Source of the DNA: Candidatus Latescibacterota bacterium
GTDB taxonomy: Bacteria; Latescibacterota; UBA2968; UBA8231
NCBI GenBank assembly: GCA_965221775.1
Contig: CBDCSU010000005.1
Location: 512,001-576,000 of the forward strand
DNA length: 64,000 nt
Direction: 5' to 3'
This document shows positions 38,558 to 48,796 of the stretch, in pieces (position 1 is the stretch's first letter; every line of letters starts with the position of its first letter). A program made the position numbers and the translations under genes. Below the pieces are notes generated by a model. It was given only the letters and a program-made list of their open reading frames with translations, had not been told where the DNA came from and made no database searches.

Positions 38558-39052
38558 TTGCAGTCCGCGCCGATCGTCGCCGAACTCAAGAGGCAGGGGG
38601 TCACCCACGTCGTCGGCCTTCCCGACAACGGCTCGAGGGCCCTCTTCGAGATGCTCTGGGCGGACGATGAGCTGGAGGTGATCGGCGTCACGCGGGAGGG
38701 AGAGGCCTTCGCCGTGGCCAGCGGCCTCTGCCTGGGCGGCGTCACCCCCGTGGTCATCATCCAGAACACGGGCTTCCTGGAGACGGGCGACGCCTTCCGC
38801 GGCACGGCCTACAACATGGGCCTGCCCCTGGTGATGCTCATGGGCTACCGGGGCTTCGAGTCGATGGCCCCGGGCGCCGAGCGCGTCGACACGGCGGCGA
38901 CCTTCTTCGAGCCGACCCTGAAGGCCTGGGATATCCCCTACTCGGTGCTCGACGACGACGGCGACGAGCGGGCCAAGGTGGCCTGGGCCTTCGATCTCGC
39001 CCGCGAGCGCTCGCTGCCGTCGGCGGTCCTTCTCGTGGGCACCACGGAATAG
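38558..39052 (+). CDS. TPP-dependent decarboxylase alpha subunit (sulfopyruvate/phosphonopyruvate decarboxylase-like)
   Basis: GVTHVVGLPD, TREGEAFAVASG, IQNTG, GYRG; TTG start. Confidence 0.85.
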   Translation: MQSAPIVAELKRQGVTHVVGLPDNGSRALFEMLWADDELEVIGVTREGEAFAVASGLCLGGVTPVVIIQNTGFLETGDAFRGTAYNMGLPLVMLMGYRGFESMAPGAERVDTAATFFEPTLKAWDIPYSVLDDDGDERAKVAWAFDLARERSLPSAVLLVGTTE

Positions 39053-39054
39053 CC

Positions 39055-39621
39055 GTGCTCGACAAGTACCGCTGCCTGAGCAGGCTCGCCGCGGCCCGGC
39101 GCGGCGGCGACGTGGTGGTCACCACCATGAGCGTCGCCATGCCGTGGGCCGAGCTGTCCGACACGGCCCTCGACTTCGCCTCCGTGGACAGCGCCATGGG
39201 ACACGCCGCCGACCTGGCCTACGGCCTCGCCCTGGCCCGGCCGGAGCGGCGCGTGCTCTGCCTCAACGGCGACGGCTCGACCCTGATGTGCCTGGGCACG
39301 CTGGTGACCATCGCCCAGGGAGGGGCCGCCAACTACAGTCTGATCATCACCGAGAACGGCACCTACGAGGTCACGGGAAACCAGCCCGTTCCGGGTGCCG
39401 GCGTCGTCGACTTCGAGGCCATGGCCCGCGCCGCCGGACTGCGCGAGGTGCATACCATCGAAGACCCCGATGACTTCGAGCGCATGCTGCCCCTCCACTT
39501 CGAGGTCGAAGGTCCGGCGGTCTTCATCTGGCGCATCGAGCAGGGCGGCGAGCCGGTGCCGCGGCCGGCCCGGCCGATCCGCGACCGCGCCCACGAGCTG
39601 CGCGCCGTCCTCGCCGGCTAG
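39055..39621 (+). CDS. TPP-dependent decarboxylase beta subunit
   Basis: SAMGHA..GLALA, NGDGSTLM..LG TPP motif, ENGTYEVTGNQP. Confidence 0.85.
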   Translation: MLDKYRCLSRLAAARRGGDVVVTTMSVAMPWAELSDTALDFASVDSAMGHAADLAYGLALARPERRVLCLNGDGSTLMCLGTLVTIAQGGAANYSLIITENGTYEVTGNQPVPGAGVVDFEAMARAAGLREVHTIEDPDDFERMLPLHFEVEGPAVFIWRIEQGGEPVPRPARPIRDRAHELRAVLAG

Positions 39622-39625
39622 CCTC

Positions 39626-40867
39626 ATGTCCTTCCCCCGGATGGCCCCCTTCCGGCAGCACTTCGCAGCCGAGAGCCTCGACGATGTGCCCGCCGCGGTC
39701 TCCGCCGAGCTGGAGGGCTGCGGTCTCTCCGGCCGCATCCGCCCCGGGCAGCGCATCGCCGTCACCGGCGGCAGCCGCGGCATCGCCAACATCGCCGAGA
39801 TCACCCGCACCGTCGTCGCGGCGGTAACCGCCGCCGGAGGCCGGCCTTTCGTCATGCCCGCCATGGGCAGCCACGGCGGCGCCACCGCCCGGGGCCAGAA
39901 GGAGGTCCTCGCCGGCTACGGCCTCCACCCGGCCGCGATGGGCTGCCCGGTTGAGGCCACCATGGAGGTGGCCGAGGTGGGCAGGCTCGACGACGGCACC
40001 CCCGTCCTCGTCAACCGGCTGGCGCTGGAGGCCGACGGAGTGATCGTCATCAACCGGGTCAAGCCCCACACCTCCTTCCGCGGCACCCACGAGAGCGGAC
40101 TCGCCAAGATGCTGGCCATCGGTCTCGGCTGCCACCGGGGCGCCACCATGGCTCATGCCCAGGGCGCCGAGGGCCTGGCCCGGCTGGTGCCGGCCCTCGG
40201 CGGCGCCCTCCTCGAGCGGCTGAACGTGGTCGCCGGCGTCGCCATCGTGGAGAACGCCCGCGACGAGACGGCCATGGTCACCGCCCTGGCGCCCCTCGAG
40301 GTCCTCTCCGGCGAGGCTCGTCTCCTCCCAGTGGCCCGCAACAACATGCCCCGCCTCCTGGTGCGGGAGATCGACCTGCTGATCGTCGACGAGATGGGCA
40401 AGAACATCTCCGGCACCGGTATGGACACCAACGTCATCGGCCGCATGTTGCTCCCCGGGGTGGCCGAGCCCGACGAGCCGGGTGTATCGCGCATCTTCGT
40501 GCGCCGGCTCTCCGAGAAGACCCACGGCAACGCCAACGGCGTGGGCCTGGCCGACGTGATCACCCGGCAGCTCTTCGACGCCATCGACTTCGAGGCGACG
40601 TACGCCAACGCCTTCACCTCGACCTTCCTCAACCGGGCCTACGTGCCCATCATCAAGAACGACGACCGCGAGGCGGTCGCCTCCATGCTCGAGGTCCTGC
40701 GCATCGACGACGGCGCCGCCCTGCGCGCAGCCCGCATCCGCAACACCCTGGAGGTGGAGCACATCCAGCTGAGCGAGGCCCTCGCCCGCGACAGCGGCCA
40801 CCCCGATCTGGAGCGCCTCGGCGACTTCGAGCCCATGCGATTCACCGACGGCGGAGCGCTGGTCTGA
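39626..40867 (+). CDS. Lactate-racemase-like domain protein (DUF2088/DUF362)
   Basis: GSRGIANI, PAMGSHGGAT, NRVKPHT.F, ESGLAKM.AIGLG, GKNISGTGMDTNV, HGNANG.G. Confidence 0.85.
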   Translation: MSFPRMAPFRQHFAAESLDDVPAAVSAELEGCGLSGRIRPGQRIAVTGGSRGIANIAEITRTVVAAVTAAGGRPFVMPAMGSHGGATARGQKEVLAGYGLHPAAMGCPVEATMEVAEVGRLDDGTPVLVNRLALEADGVIVINRVKPHTSFRGTHESGLAKMLAIGLGCHRGATMAHAQGAEGLARLVPALGGALLERLNVVAGVAIVENARDETAMVTALAPLEVLSGEARLLPVARNNMPRLLVREIDLLIVDEMGKNISGTGMDTNVIGRMLLPGVAEPDEPGVSRIFVRRLSEKTHGNANGVGLADVITRQLFDAIDFEATYANAFTSTFLNRAYVPIIKNDDREAVASMLEVLRIDDGAALRAARIRNTLEVEHIQLSEALARDSGHPDLERLGDFEPMRFTDGGALV

Positions 40868-41637
40868 CCTCCCCGGAGAATCTCTTCGACCTCTCCGGCC
40901 GGGTGGCGCTGGTCACCGGCTGCCGGCGCGGGATCGGCAGGGCGATGGCCGCGGCCCTGGCGCGAGCCGGCGCCGACGTGATCGGCGTCTCGGCATCGCT
41001 GGAGAAAAGCGGCAGCGCCGTGGAGGGGGAAGTCGCGGCCCTTGGAAGGTCCTTCGCCTCCTACCGGTGCGACTTCGCCGACCGCGGTGCCCTGCGGGCC
41101 TTCATCGGCCGGGTGCTGTCGGACCACCCGCGCATCGACATCCTCGTCAACAACGCCGGCACGATCCTGCGGAAAGCGGCTGCCCAGCACCCCGACGAGT
41201 ACTGGGACCACACCCTGGAGATCAACCTGAGCGCCCAGTTCGTCCTCACCCGCGAGATCGGCGGCCGGATGGCCGACCGGGGTTGCGGAAAGGTGATCTT
41301 CATCGCCTCGGTCCTCAGCTTTCAGGGGGGCATCACCGTTCCCGGTTACAGCGCCAGCAAGGGCGGAATCCACACCCTGACCATGGCCTTCGCCAACGAA
41401 TGGGCCTCCCGGGGCGTGAACGTAAACGCCATCGCACCGGGCTACGTGACCACCGACAACACCGAGGCGCTGCGTCAGGACCCCGGCCGAAACGCCTCCA
41501 TCCTCGCCCGCATCCCCGCGGGGCGCTGGGGCGAGGGGGAGGACTTCGCCGGCCCCGTGGTCTTCCTCGCCTCGGAGGCCTCGCGCTACGTCCACGGCGC
41601 GACCCTGCTCGTGGACGGAGGCTGGATGGGCCGCTGA
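40864..41637 (+). CDS. kduD: 2-dehydro-3-deoxy-D-gluconate 5-dehydrogenase-like SDR
   Basis: LFDLSGRVALVTG..RGIG, LSFQGGITVPGYSASKGG, NAIAPGY.TDNT, VDGGWMGR; start uncertain (CTG overlapping the upstream stop, or GTG 40903). Confidence 0.8.
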   Translation: MTSPENLFDLSGRVALVTGCRRGIGRAMAAALARAGADVIGVSASLEKSGSAVEGEVAALGRSFASYRCDFADRGALRAFIGRVLSDHPRIDILVNNAGTILRKAAAQHPDEYWDHTLEINLSAQFVLTREIGGRMADRGCGKVIFIASVLSFQGGITVPGYSASKGGIHTLTMAFANEWASRGVNVNAIAPGYVTTDNTEALRQDPGRNASILARIPAGRWGEGEDFAGPVVFLASEASRYVHGATLLVDGGWMGR

Positions 41638-41894
41638 GACCGCCCGCCCGGGGTAGAATTAGCCCTTGACAAGCGCGAGATCTTTCTTCATTTATTCCGA
41701 TCTCACCAGCGGTTCTCCGTCCGTCAACTGTCCATTTGACCTGCCCATGCGGACAGTATGATTCGGGACCGCGAAAACCGAGGAAACAACAATGCCTATC
41801 GGACCGAGAAAGGAGGAAGGAGCCGATCTTCAACGGATTGCACAGTCATCGTTTCCATCCAACCAAATTCCTCTTTGACAAGGAGCCCTTCGCA

Positions 41895-42788
41895 ATGAGG
41901 AACTGCATTTCAGTGTTTGTCGCTCTCGGCCTGGTCTTCGGCTTGGTCGGGAGCGCCGACGCCCACATCGGCGAGAGGATCTTTCCCCTCTTTGAGCTCG
42001 GCGACGACGACATAGCCGACCTCGACTTCACGGACGACACGGTCGAGGACTGGGAGGATGTGGCCGGCGATGCCACGTACCTGCCCGTCGACTTCTTCGC
42101 CGACCCGACCGTGGGCGACGGCGCCCAGTACGATCCGGCCGACCTCGACTACCGCATCTGGTCGGCCTGGAACAGCTCCACTGGTACGATCTGGTTCGCC
42201 ATGGAGCGCATCGACAACGTCTACTTCGGCAGGGAGTACGACGGCAGCAGCCCGTGGAACTACGAGGCCATCGAGGTCATGCTCGACGGCGACCACACGG
42301 GCGGCGACTACACCGGTTCGGCGAACCCGGACTGGAACGACGAGGAGAAGAAGCTCAACAACAACCGTCACGCGCAGCAGTACATCGGCGTGGCCGACGA
42401 CCCCTCCGGCCGTCACGTCTTCTACCTCGGCGCCGGCGCCGAGTGGGTCAACGACCTGCCCTACGCCGACGGCGGCGGCTCCTCCGTGGGCGACGGCCCG
42501 ACGGTCAGCACCATCGAGCTCTTCGTCACCCCCTTCGACGACCTGATCTGGAACAGCCCTGATGACAGCCAGGCTTCCGACCTGTTCGACGGCAAGCTCA
42601 TCGGCTATCAGATCTCGCTGCCCGACACCGACAAGGACGTTGGCCAGGACCGGGCGTTCCACACCCTGTCCGGTCAGGCCGCGACCTGGCGTTTTGCCGA
42701 GCGCTTTGTCGACGCCCGCCTTATCGGTCTGGATGACACGGCGGTCGAGGGGAACTCCTGGGGCCGCATCAAGGCCGGGATGAAGTAG
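41895..42788 (+). CDS. Secreted CBM9/DOMON-like protein with C-terminal SWGRIK tail (paralog 3)
   Basis: Signal peptide (ADA|H), YDPADLDYRIWSAW, DGDHTGG, VTPFDDLIW, ends AVEGNSWGRIKAGMK. Confidence 0.75.
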   Translation: MRNCISVFVALGLVFGLVGSADAHIGERIFPLFELGDDDIADLDFTDDTVEDWEDVAGDATYLPVDFFADPTVGDGAQYDPADLDYRIWSAWNSSTGTIWFAMERIDNVYFGREYDGSSPWNYEAIEVMLDGDHTGGDYTGSANPDWNDEEKKLNNNRHAQQYIGVADDPSGRHVFYLGAGAEWVNDLPYADGGGSSVGDGPTVSTIELFVTPFDDLIWNSPDDSQASDLFDGKLIGYQISLPDTDKDVGQDRAFHTLSGQAATWRFAERFVDARLIGLDDTAVEGNSWGRIKAGMK

Positions 42789-42821
42789 GGTAACCGGCTT
42801 ATACTTGTTGATTCCCATGTG

Positions 42822-42854
42822 AAGAGAGGGAGGAGCCCATTCCTCCCTCTCTTT
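42822..42854 (+). terminator. Strong hairpin / probable terminator
   Basis: Perfect 13-bp stem AAGAGAGGGAGGA-gcccat-TCCTCCCTCTCTT after the stop at 42788. Confidence 0.65.
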
Positions 42855-42871
42855 GCACTTGAGACGCGCTT

Positions 42872-42887
42872 CGGCACAACGAGTGCT
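42872..42887 (+). promoter_or_regulatory. Candidate sigma-54 (-24/-12) promoter
   Basis: CGGCACAACGAGTGCT = GG-N10-GC, about 110 nt upstream of 42998. Confidence 0.35.
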
Positions 42888-42997
42888 GAACGCGACCTCT
42901 GCAACTGCCGCGCAGTCCCGGATCCGGCTTCCCAGTCTTCGGGGCGTTCTCCGGGCTGCAGTCTTGCTTGTCTACCACAACGGGAGGGAGCAGGGGA

Positions 42998-45490
42998 ATG
43001 AGAATCGGGATCTTCGCCGCGTTGGTCTTTTTGGTGTGGGCGGTCGAGTCCGGCGCCGATTTGCGCCTGTTCTCCATTCCCGGCGACGGCGACACCTGGG
43101 CCGACATCCGGCAGGGGTCGGTCTCCGAGAACACCTACATCGAGCTGGTCGACCTTGAAGGCTACGAGAACGGCATCGGCCCCATCTTCCCGGCCAGATG
43201 GATCCCCGTCCCCGACATCCCCCTCGACCTGACCGCCGAAGAGGCGGGCGCGTCCCTCGACTCCCTGCTCCTCGCCTTCTCCTACCACGTGACCCGCACC
43301 GACGTGGTGGCACCGGAGGACGTGGAGCTGGAGGACGGCACCGTCCTGGCCGCCGGGTCCATCCTGATCCCCCGCTGGAGCCCCTTCCCCCGCAGCCTGG
43401 AAGGGTTGCAGTTGCTGCGCCGGGCCGGCGTCACCGAGATCCACGCCATGATCAACGTGGCCGAGTCCTTCCCCCGCCCCCCGGGCGCCGACAAGTACAA
43501 CAAGAGTCTGAACCTCACCTACCTCGCCATCTGGGAGCGAGCCCTCACCGGCATCCGCCGCCAGGAGGGCCTGGCCCGCGTCTTCGACGGCGACCCCACA
43601 AGCCACTTCGCGCGCATCGACCGGGTGGGACAGGACGTAACCCAGAAGTGGGGGCTCTACGTCGACCTGGGGCACTACTTCCCAGTCCGGCTCTTCCGCC
43701 TCTATCCCAGCCTCGAGGAGCCGGTGCGCGTCTCCGCCTACACCTTCTATCGCGGTCTGCCCGACACCGAGACGGAGATCGCCGGCCTCAGCCTGGAAGA
43801 TCCGAATACGGGGCCCCTGGGTTACCCCTTGTTCAGCAAGATCGGGGACACCTTTCCCACCTGGCTCCCCGAGGCGAGCGTGCCGGTCAACCGGCAGGAC
43901 ACGATCGCCGTGGTCTTCGACCCGCCCGTGCAGATGCGCTACTCGAGGATGGACTTCGAGACTCCGCTGGACTACGACCTCGCCGAGATGGAGTACTACG
44001 CCGACGGTTTCGTGCGCAGCGCGGTGTACACCTCCAACGCCCTGCCCCTGCCCCCGGCGACCCTGGGCCGAATCTCCTGGGACGAGGAGAAGATCGGCGA
44101 TCCCACCCGGTCGAGGATGATCGTCCGAGCGCGCACCGGCTTCACCACCGAGCCCGACGTGCTGTTCCAGATCAACTATCTCGACCGCGAGGTGGAGTGG
44201 CGCCGGGGCGAGGGGAACGCGCTCATCGTCGACAGGCGGCCCGGGTCCGCCACCTGGGGCCAGGAGGTGGACCTGGAATCCAAGGACTTCAACATCGAGG
44301 CGCGGGACATCTGGAGCGCCGCCCTGCCCGAGGACCGTGCCTCCGTCCGCCTGAGCCGCCAGGACTACATCGGGCTTCCGGTGAGCGTGCGCGGCCGCAT
44401 CGAGCCCGATCTCGAGTTCTGGAGCAGCAGGCAGGTGGCCACCAACGGCGACCTGATCCCGGCCCCGAGCGGGCGGCCCTATGTGCAGGTGGAGGTGGCC
44501 TTCACCAGCCAGTCACCGGAGTCGGCCACCATCCTGCGCAACCTCCGCATCGAGTACTCGTCCCCGCAGAGCACCGACGAGCTCTTCGGCGAGATCGCCC
44601 CGGCGGCCGAGGTCATCGCCGGCCGCGACACCTCTTTCGTGCTGGCCCTCCAGGCCTCCCTCGGCGCCGGCAACAGCGGCTTCAACCGGCTGCAGGTCTC
44701 TACCCCGGTGCGCACCGGCGGCATCGAGGAACTGGAGATGGACCTGGGCGACGGCCAGATGCTGCGGTTGGAGAACGAGGGCCGGGCGGAAGGAGAGATC
44801 GCCGCAGGGCGGTTCCGGGAACTGCACGTGGCCGACGATCAGTTCGTCCTCGGCTTCCCCCTCCTCGAGCCGGCGGGCGACGGAGAGGCGCTCGAGGTGC
44901 TCCTCAAGGCCCGATTCCGCTGCCGGGTCATCGACTTCCGCACCCCCTTCACCGCCAGCGTCTTCCTCGATACACTGGGTCTCGATCTGGAGCGCGACTA
45001 CAGCTCCAGGGGGATCCTTGCCCTCGCCGGCGGCGAGAGCGCCCTCGACACCCTGGCCTTCTTCCTGCCTCAGCAGGCGACCAGCCGCGACATCGTCGAC
45101 TTCGCGGCGACGGACAACCTCTCGGACCGCAACTCGCTGATAGTCACCGCCGATATCTCCGCCCAGAGCAGCCAACTGGTGAGCAACATCCGCATCGGGC
45201 CCAATCCCTTCACCCCCAACGGCGACGGCATCAACGACGAGATGACCGTCTCACTCGATGTGCAGCGACTGGTGACGCCGAAGCCCGTCCGTCTGGAGAT
45301 CTTCGATCTCGGCGGCCGGCGCCTGCATCTCATCGAGCGCGAGTTGGCTTCGGGCGGCTATTCCCAGCAGTGGGACGGCCGCGACGCCAACGGGCAGTTG
45401 GTCCCGCCCGGCATCTACATACTCAGCATCTCCACCGATGCCGATGACGCCGGCGATGCCAGGACGCGCACCGTCTCCGTAGCCTACTGA
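42998..45490 (+). CDS. Secreted protein with C-terminal FlgD-Ig/CHU_C-like domain (paralog A)
   Basis: Signal peptide; FDGDPTS, VDLG; C-terminal PNPFTPNGDGINDE..IFDLGGR..WDGRDANGQLVPPGIY..VSVAY. Confidence 0.8.
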   Translation: MRIGIFAALVFLVWAVESGADLRLFSIPGDGDTWADIRQGSVSENTYIELVDLEGYENGIGPIFPARWIPVPDIPLDLTAEEAGASLDSLLLAFSYHVTRTDVVAPEDVELEDGTVLAAGSILIPRWSPFPRSLEGLQLLRRAGVTEIHAMINVAESFPRPPGADKYNKSLNLTYLAIWERALTGIRRQEGLARVFDGDPTSHFARIDRVGQDVTQKWGLYVDLGHYFPVRLFRLYPSLEEPVRVSAYTFYRGLPDTETEIAGLSLEDPNTGPLGYPLFSKIGDTFPTWLPEASVPVNRQDTIAVVFDPPVQMRYSRMDFETPLDYDLAEMEYYADGFVRSAVYTSNALPLPPATLGRISWDEEKIGDPTRSRMIVRARTGFTTEPDVLFQINYLDREVEWRRGEGNALIVDRRPGSATWGQEVDLESKDFNIEARDIWSAALPEDRASVRLSRQDYIGLPVSVRGRIEPDLEFWSSRQVATNGDLIPAPSGRPYVQVEVAFTSQSPESATILRNLRIEYSSPQSTDELFGEIAPAAEVIAGRDTSFVLALQASLGAGNSGFNRLQVSTPVRTGGIEELEMDLGDGQMLRLENEGRAEGEIAAGRFRELHVADDQFVLGFPLLEPAGDGEALEVLLKARFRCRVIDFRTPFTASVFLDTLGLDLERDYSSRGILALAGGESALDTLAFFLPQQATSRDIVDFAATDNLSDRNSLIVTADISAQSSQLVSNIRIGPNPFTPNGDGINDEMTVSLDVQRLVTPKPVRLEIFDLGGRRLHLIERELASGGYSQQWDGRDANGQLVPPGIYILSISTDADDAGDARTRTVSVAY

Positions 45491-45524
45491 GGCGCCCGGA
45501 GAGTACGGAAAGAGAGGATTCGCC

Positions 45525-48500
45525 ATGAAACGGCTTCTGACGTTGGGGGCGTACATCGCCCTGATTTCCCTGCCGGAGGGCCTCATGGCCCAGGCCGGTC
45601 CCGCCTACCGACTGCAGGGCAACTCGATCCGGGTGGACCGGGTCTCCCACTGGAACAACTGGATCTACCAGAACGACCTGGTCACCAGTCTCAACGCGCC
45701 CGTCGGGGGTGTGAACATTCTCGAGGTCGGCGCCGGCGGCCTGCGGCCCGTGTACTTCCGCCGCAACGTCAACGTCGCTCCCACGGCCGCGGACTTCATC
45801 TACAAGGACCAGGTCCGCGCCCAGGGGGATTCGACCCGGGGCGGGACCTCCGCCAAGTCCAACGCGGGCCTGGCCGACAACGTCATCGACGGCGACCTGA
45901 CCACCTTCTGGGAGCCAGCCACGCCCGCCGACTACCCCAGCCGCCTGGACGCTCCCGGCCACTTCCATCTCGACGGCCTGCGCGAGTGGGAGGTGGAGAT
46001 CGACCTCGGCCGGCTGGTCTTCGCCGACAGCCTGACCTTCATCTTCCCCTCGGACCAGTTCGAGGGCGAGTTCCTCGGCCAGCCGGTCAAGGCCTTCGCG
46101 GTCTTCGCCTCCATGGGCGAACGCTTCCCCTTCCCCCTGGGCAACAATCTGCGCTTCACCCTCGTGGCCCAGGCGTCGACGGGCGTTGTCGGGGCGGACG
46201 GCGTGGAGCTGGTGCCCGTGCCCGGCACGGAGGGGAGGTACGCGCAGATGACCTTCGGCCTGGTGCCCCTGGACCGGGCCGACTGGGACCTTGACGGTAT
46301 CCCCGACATCAGCGGGACCTTTCTCCAGTACATCCGCTTCAAGTCCACGGCCTCCGACCTCTGGCGCGACGCCTTCCTCGGGCAGGGCGAGGAGGCCCGC
46401 CTCGCCTATGAAGCGCTGCCCGCCGAGCGGCGCGGCGCCGTCATCTATCAGCGCCTGACGGCCGGCGGCCTGCTCGTGGATCTCCGCGACGACGGCAACC
46501 AGACAGCCGGGGAGAAGCACCAGTCCCTGCCCGAGGCCAAGCGCGGGCCGATCCTGTACTACGTCAAGGAGGTCCCCCGCCTCGCCGAGGTCCAGGTCTG
46601 GACCCGGGGCGACAACTACGCCTACCAGCCCGAGAGCCGCGCCGGGGACTCCTTCGAGCACGGCGGCCTGGGCGCCCCCGAGCTGGCCACCGACGGCAAC
46701 TACGACACCGAGTGGGCGGCCAATACCTGGTCCCCCGTCTACGTCAAGGGCACCGCCTGGTACGACCTGGGCGCCGTGTTCTGGGTGGACAACCTCTCCG
46801 TGGTCAACAAGCGCATCAACCAGAGCAACCACGGCGCCTTTATCGGGCCGGGCATCCTGGTCTCCGACGGCACCCTGCTCAAGCCGGTGTCCATGGAGGA
46901 TCGCGGCGACTTCACCCAGCTCGAAGACGGGCTCCAGTGGCACAACATCATCGGCGAGGAGAAGCTCACCAACCGCACGTCCAAGGTCCGCATCTTCCAG
47001 GAAGATTTCCCCATGCGCAAGATCCGCTTCCTGCAGATCCGCGACCTCGACATCACCGGCGTCAGTTCCGGCCGGTACGGCGCGCTGGCGACCCTGGCCG
47101 AGTTCCAGCTCTTCGGCGAGGGCTACCCGGTCAGCGTCTGGGCCTACTCGCCCCCCATCGCCCTGACCGACTCGCGGGGCGAGTTCGTCCGCAAGACCCT
47201 GCCCCGCATCAGTTGGGAAGGCGACATCCTCGTCCGTGAGACCGACCCCCTCACCGGCGAATCCGTCGAGCGCTTCGAGCCGCTGCACAGCGATCCGGAC
47301 GTCCGCCTCCAGGTGCAGACCCGCACCTCCGACCAGACCGACAGCCTCTTCACCTACTTCGAGGTCGTCTCCGTCGCCGGCAGCGAGGAGCGCACGGAGG
47401 TCACCAAGGACCGCCACGACCAGATCGCCATGGAGTGGGCGGCCTGGGAGTACTGGCAGACCCTGCCCAGCGACCAGCGGCACGCCTCGCGTCACGACGA
47501 CGACGGCGACGGCCTGGAGGACGAGGACCACATCGACTTCCAGGACAACGACGGCGACGGCCTCGTCGACGAGGACGGCAAGAAGCTGCGCCGGGCGCCG
47601 CGCTCGACCTTCGCCAGGGACGGGGAGTTGGCCTTCGTCGGCTGGAGCCCCTGGAGCGAGAGCTACCTGCCGACCAACGGCCTCAGCGAGGCGACGATCA
47701 CCTCCCCCAATCCGCGAAAGTTCATCCAGGTCCGCGTCAACATCCTGTCGGAGAATCCCTTCAAGACGGCCCGCATCCGCAGCCTGCGCATCGACCTGGC
47801 ACCCCCCGTCGCCCTGGAGCTGGTGGGGGAGCTGGCCCTGCTCAGCGACGACGGTGCCGGGCGGGCGCTGACCGATCTCGACGTTCTGCCCACCGACTAC
47901 ACCCCCCCCACCGGCATCGATCCCCTCGAGACCCAGCGGTTCTCCTACTTCATCCGTGCCGCCGGGCCCGACCCGACCGTGCGCGGCGGCTTCGACGAGG
48001 TGCTGATCACCACGCCCCGCGCCGCCCGCCTCACCGGGGTCCGTCTCGGCCGTGTGGAGGTCGCCCGCAGGTCCTCCGCCCTCGACCCGGAGCAGGAGGA
48101 GACCGCGGCGGTGGCCACCCGTTTCGACAACGTCTTCGCCCCCGGCGGCGACGGGGTCTTCCGCAACGAGGCCGGTCAGGTCCTGGAGCAGGTGGCGGCC
48201 GGCGCCGACTCCGTCTGGGTCCGTTTTCCCTCCTCCGTCAACACCGGCCTGCCAGGGGGGGAGCACGCCCTCATCGAGGTGCAGTTCGAGTCGCAGAGCT
48301 TCCGGGAAGGCATCGAGTACACCTCCTTCGTGCGCTCCTCCGACTCGGAGGAGGTGGTCTTCCAGCGGGTGGACATCGACTCCCGGGACGCCACCGAACT
48401 GGTGGCCTCCTCCACGACGAGGGTGGGCCTGGCGGAGCTCGAGGGACCGCTGATCCAGGACGTGGCGCTGGCGCGGGTGTTCACACCCAACGGCGACGGC

Positions 48501-48770
48501 GTCAACGACGAGCTGCCGGTGAGCTTCGCCCTCCTGAAGGTGCTGCAGGAGCGGCCCCTGGAAGTGGAGTTCTTCGACCTGGGCGGCCGCCTCGTCGGCC
48601 GGGGACTGAATACGGCGGGAGCCCCCAAGGCCGGGTACAACACCTTCACCTGGGACGGCCGTGACCCGGGCGGCCGGCTGGTGCCGCCGGGGATCTACCT
48701 GTGCCGGATCAAGGTCGAGGCCGACGCCGAGGACAGCCAGTTCGTGCGGCTCGTCCACGTGGCATATTGA
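45525..48770 (+). CDS. Secreted protein with discoidin-like motifs, DxDGDG repeats and C-terminal FlgD-Ig domain (paralog B)
   Basis: IDGDLTTFW, IDLG, TDGNYDTEW, DDDGDGLEDED/DNDGDGLVDED; FTPNGDGVNDE..WDGRD..LVPPGIY..VHVAY. Confidence 0.8.
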   Translation: MKRLLTLGAYIALISLPEGLMAQAGPAYRLQGNSIRVDRVSHWNNWIYQNDLVTSLNAPVGGVNILEVGAGGLRPVYFRRNVNVAPTAADFIYKDQVRAQGDSTRGGTSAKSNAGLADNVIDGDLTTFWEPATPADYPSRLDAPGHFHLDGLREWEVEIDLGRLVFADSLTFIFPSDQFEGEFLGQPVKAFAVFASMGERFPFPLGNNLRFTLVAQASTGVVGADGVELVPVPGTEGRYAQMTFGLVPLDRADWDLDGIPDISGTFLQYIRFKSTASDLWRDAFLGQGEEARLAYEALPAERRGAVIYQRLTAGGLLVDLRDDGNQTAGEKHQSLPEAKRGPILYYVKEVPRLAEVQVWTRGDNYAYQPESRAGDSFEHGGLGAPELATDGNYDTEWAANTWSPVYVKGTAWYDLGAVFWVDNLSVVNKRINQSNHGAFIGPGILVSDGTLLKPVSMEDRGDFTQLEDGLQWHNIIGEEKLTNRTSKVRIFQEDFPMRKIRFLQIRDLDITGVSSGRYGALATLAEFQLFGEGYPVSVWAYSPPIALTDSRGEFVRKTLPRISWEGDILVRETDPLTGESVERFEPLHSDPDVRLQVQTRTSDQTDSLFTYFEVVSVAGSEERTEVTKDRHDQIAMEWAAWEYWQTLPSDQRHASRHDDDGDGLEDEDHIDFQDNDGDGLVDEDGKKLRRAPRSTFARDGELAFVGWSPWSESYLPTNGLSEATITSPNPRKFIQVRVNILSENPFKTARIRSLRIDLAPPVALELVGELALLSDDGAGRALTDLDVLPTDYTPPTGIDPLETQRFSYFIRAAGPDPTVRGGFDEVLITTPRAARLTGVRLGRVEVARRSSALDPEQEETAAVATRFDNVFAPGGDGVFRNEAGQVLEQVAAGADSVWVRFPSSVNTGLPGGEHALIEVQFESQSFREGIEYTSFVRSSDSEEVVFQRVDIDSRDATELVASSTTRVGLAELEGPLIQDVALARVFTPNGDGVNDELPVSFALLKVLQERPLEVEFFDLGGRLVGRGLNTAGAPKAGYNTFTWDGRDPGGRLVPPGIYLCRIKVEADAEDSQFVRLVHVAY

Positions 48771-48796
48771 GAGAGAGCAAACAAAGGGAGGTATCT

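Noticed and set aside
38558-39621. Phosphonate or coenzyme M biosynthesis cluster
   Set aside because: No PEP mutase or comABC homolog in the window; substrate cannot be assigned.
41640-41894. Riboswitch or ncRNA in the long AT-richer leader
   Set aside because: Contains promoter-like hexamers (TTGACA, TATGAT) but no riboswitch consensus I can recognise; an Rfam scan would be needed.
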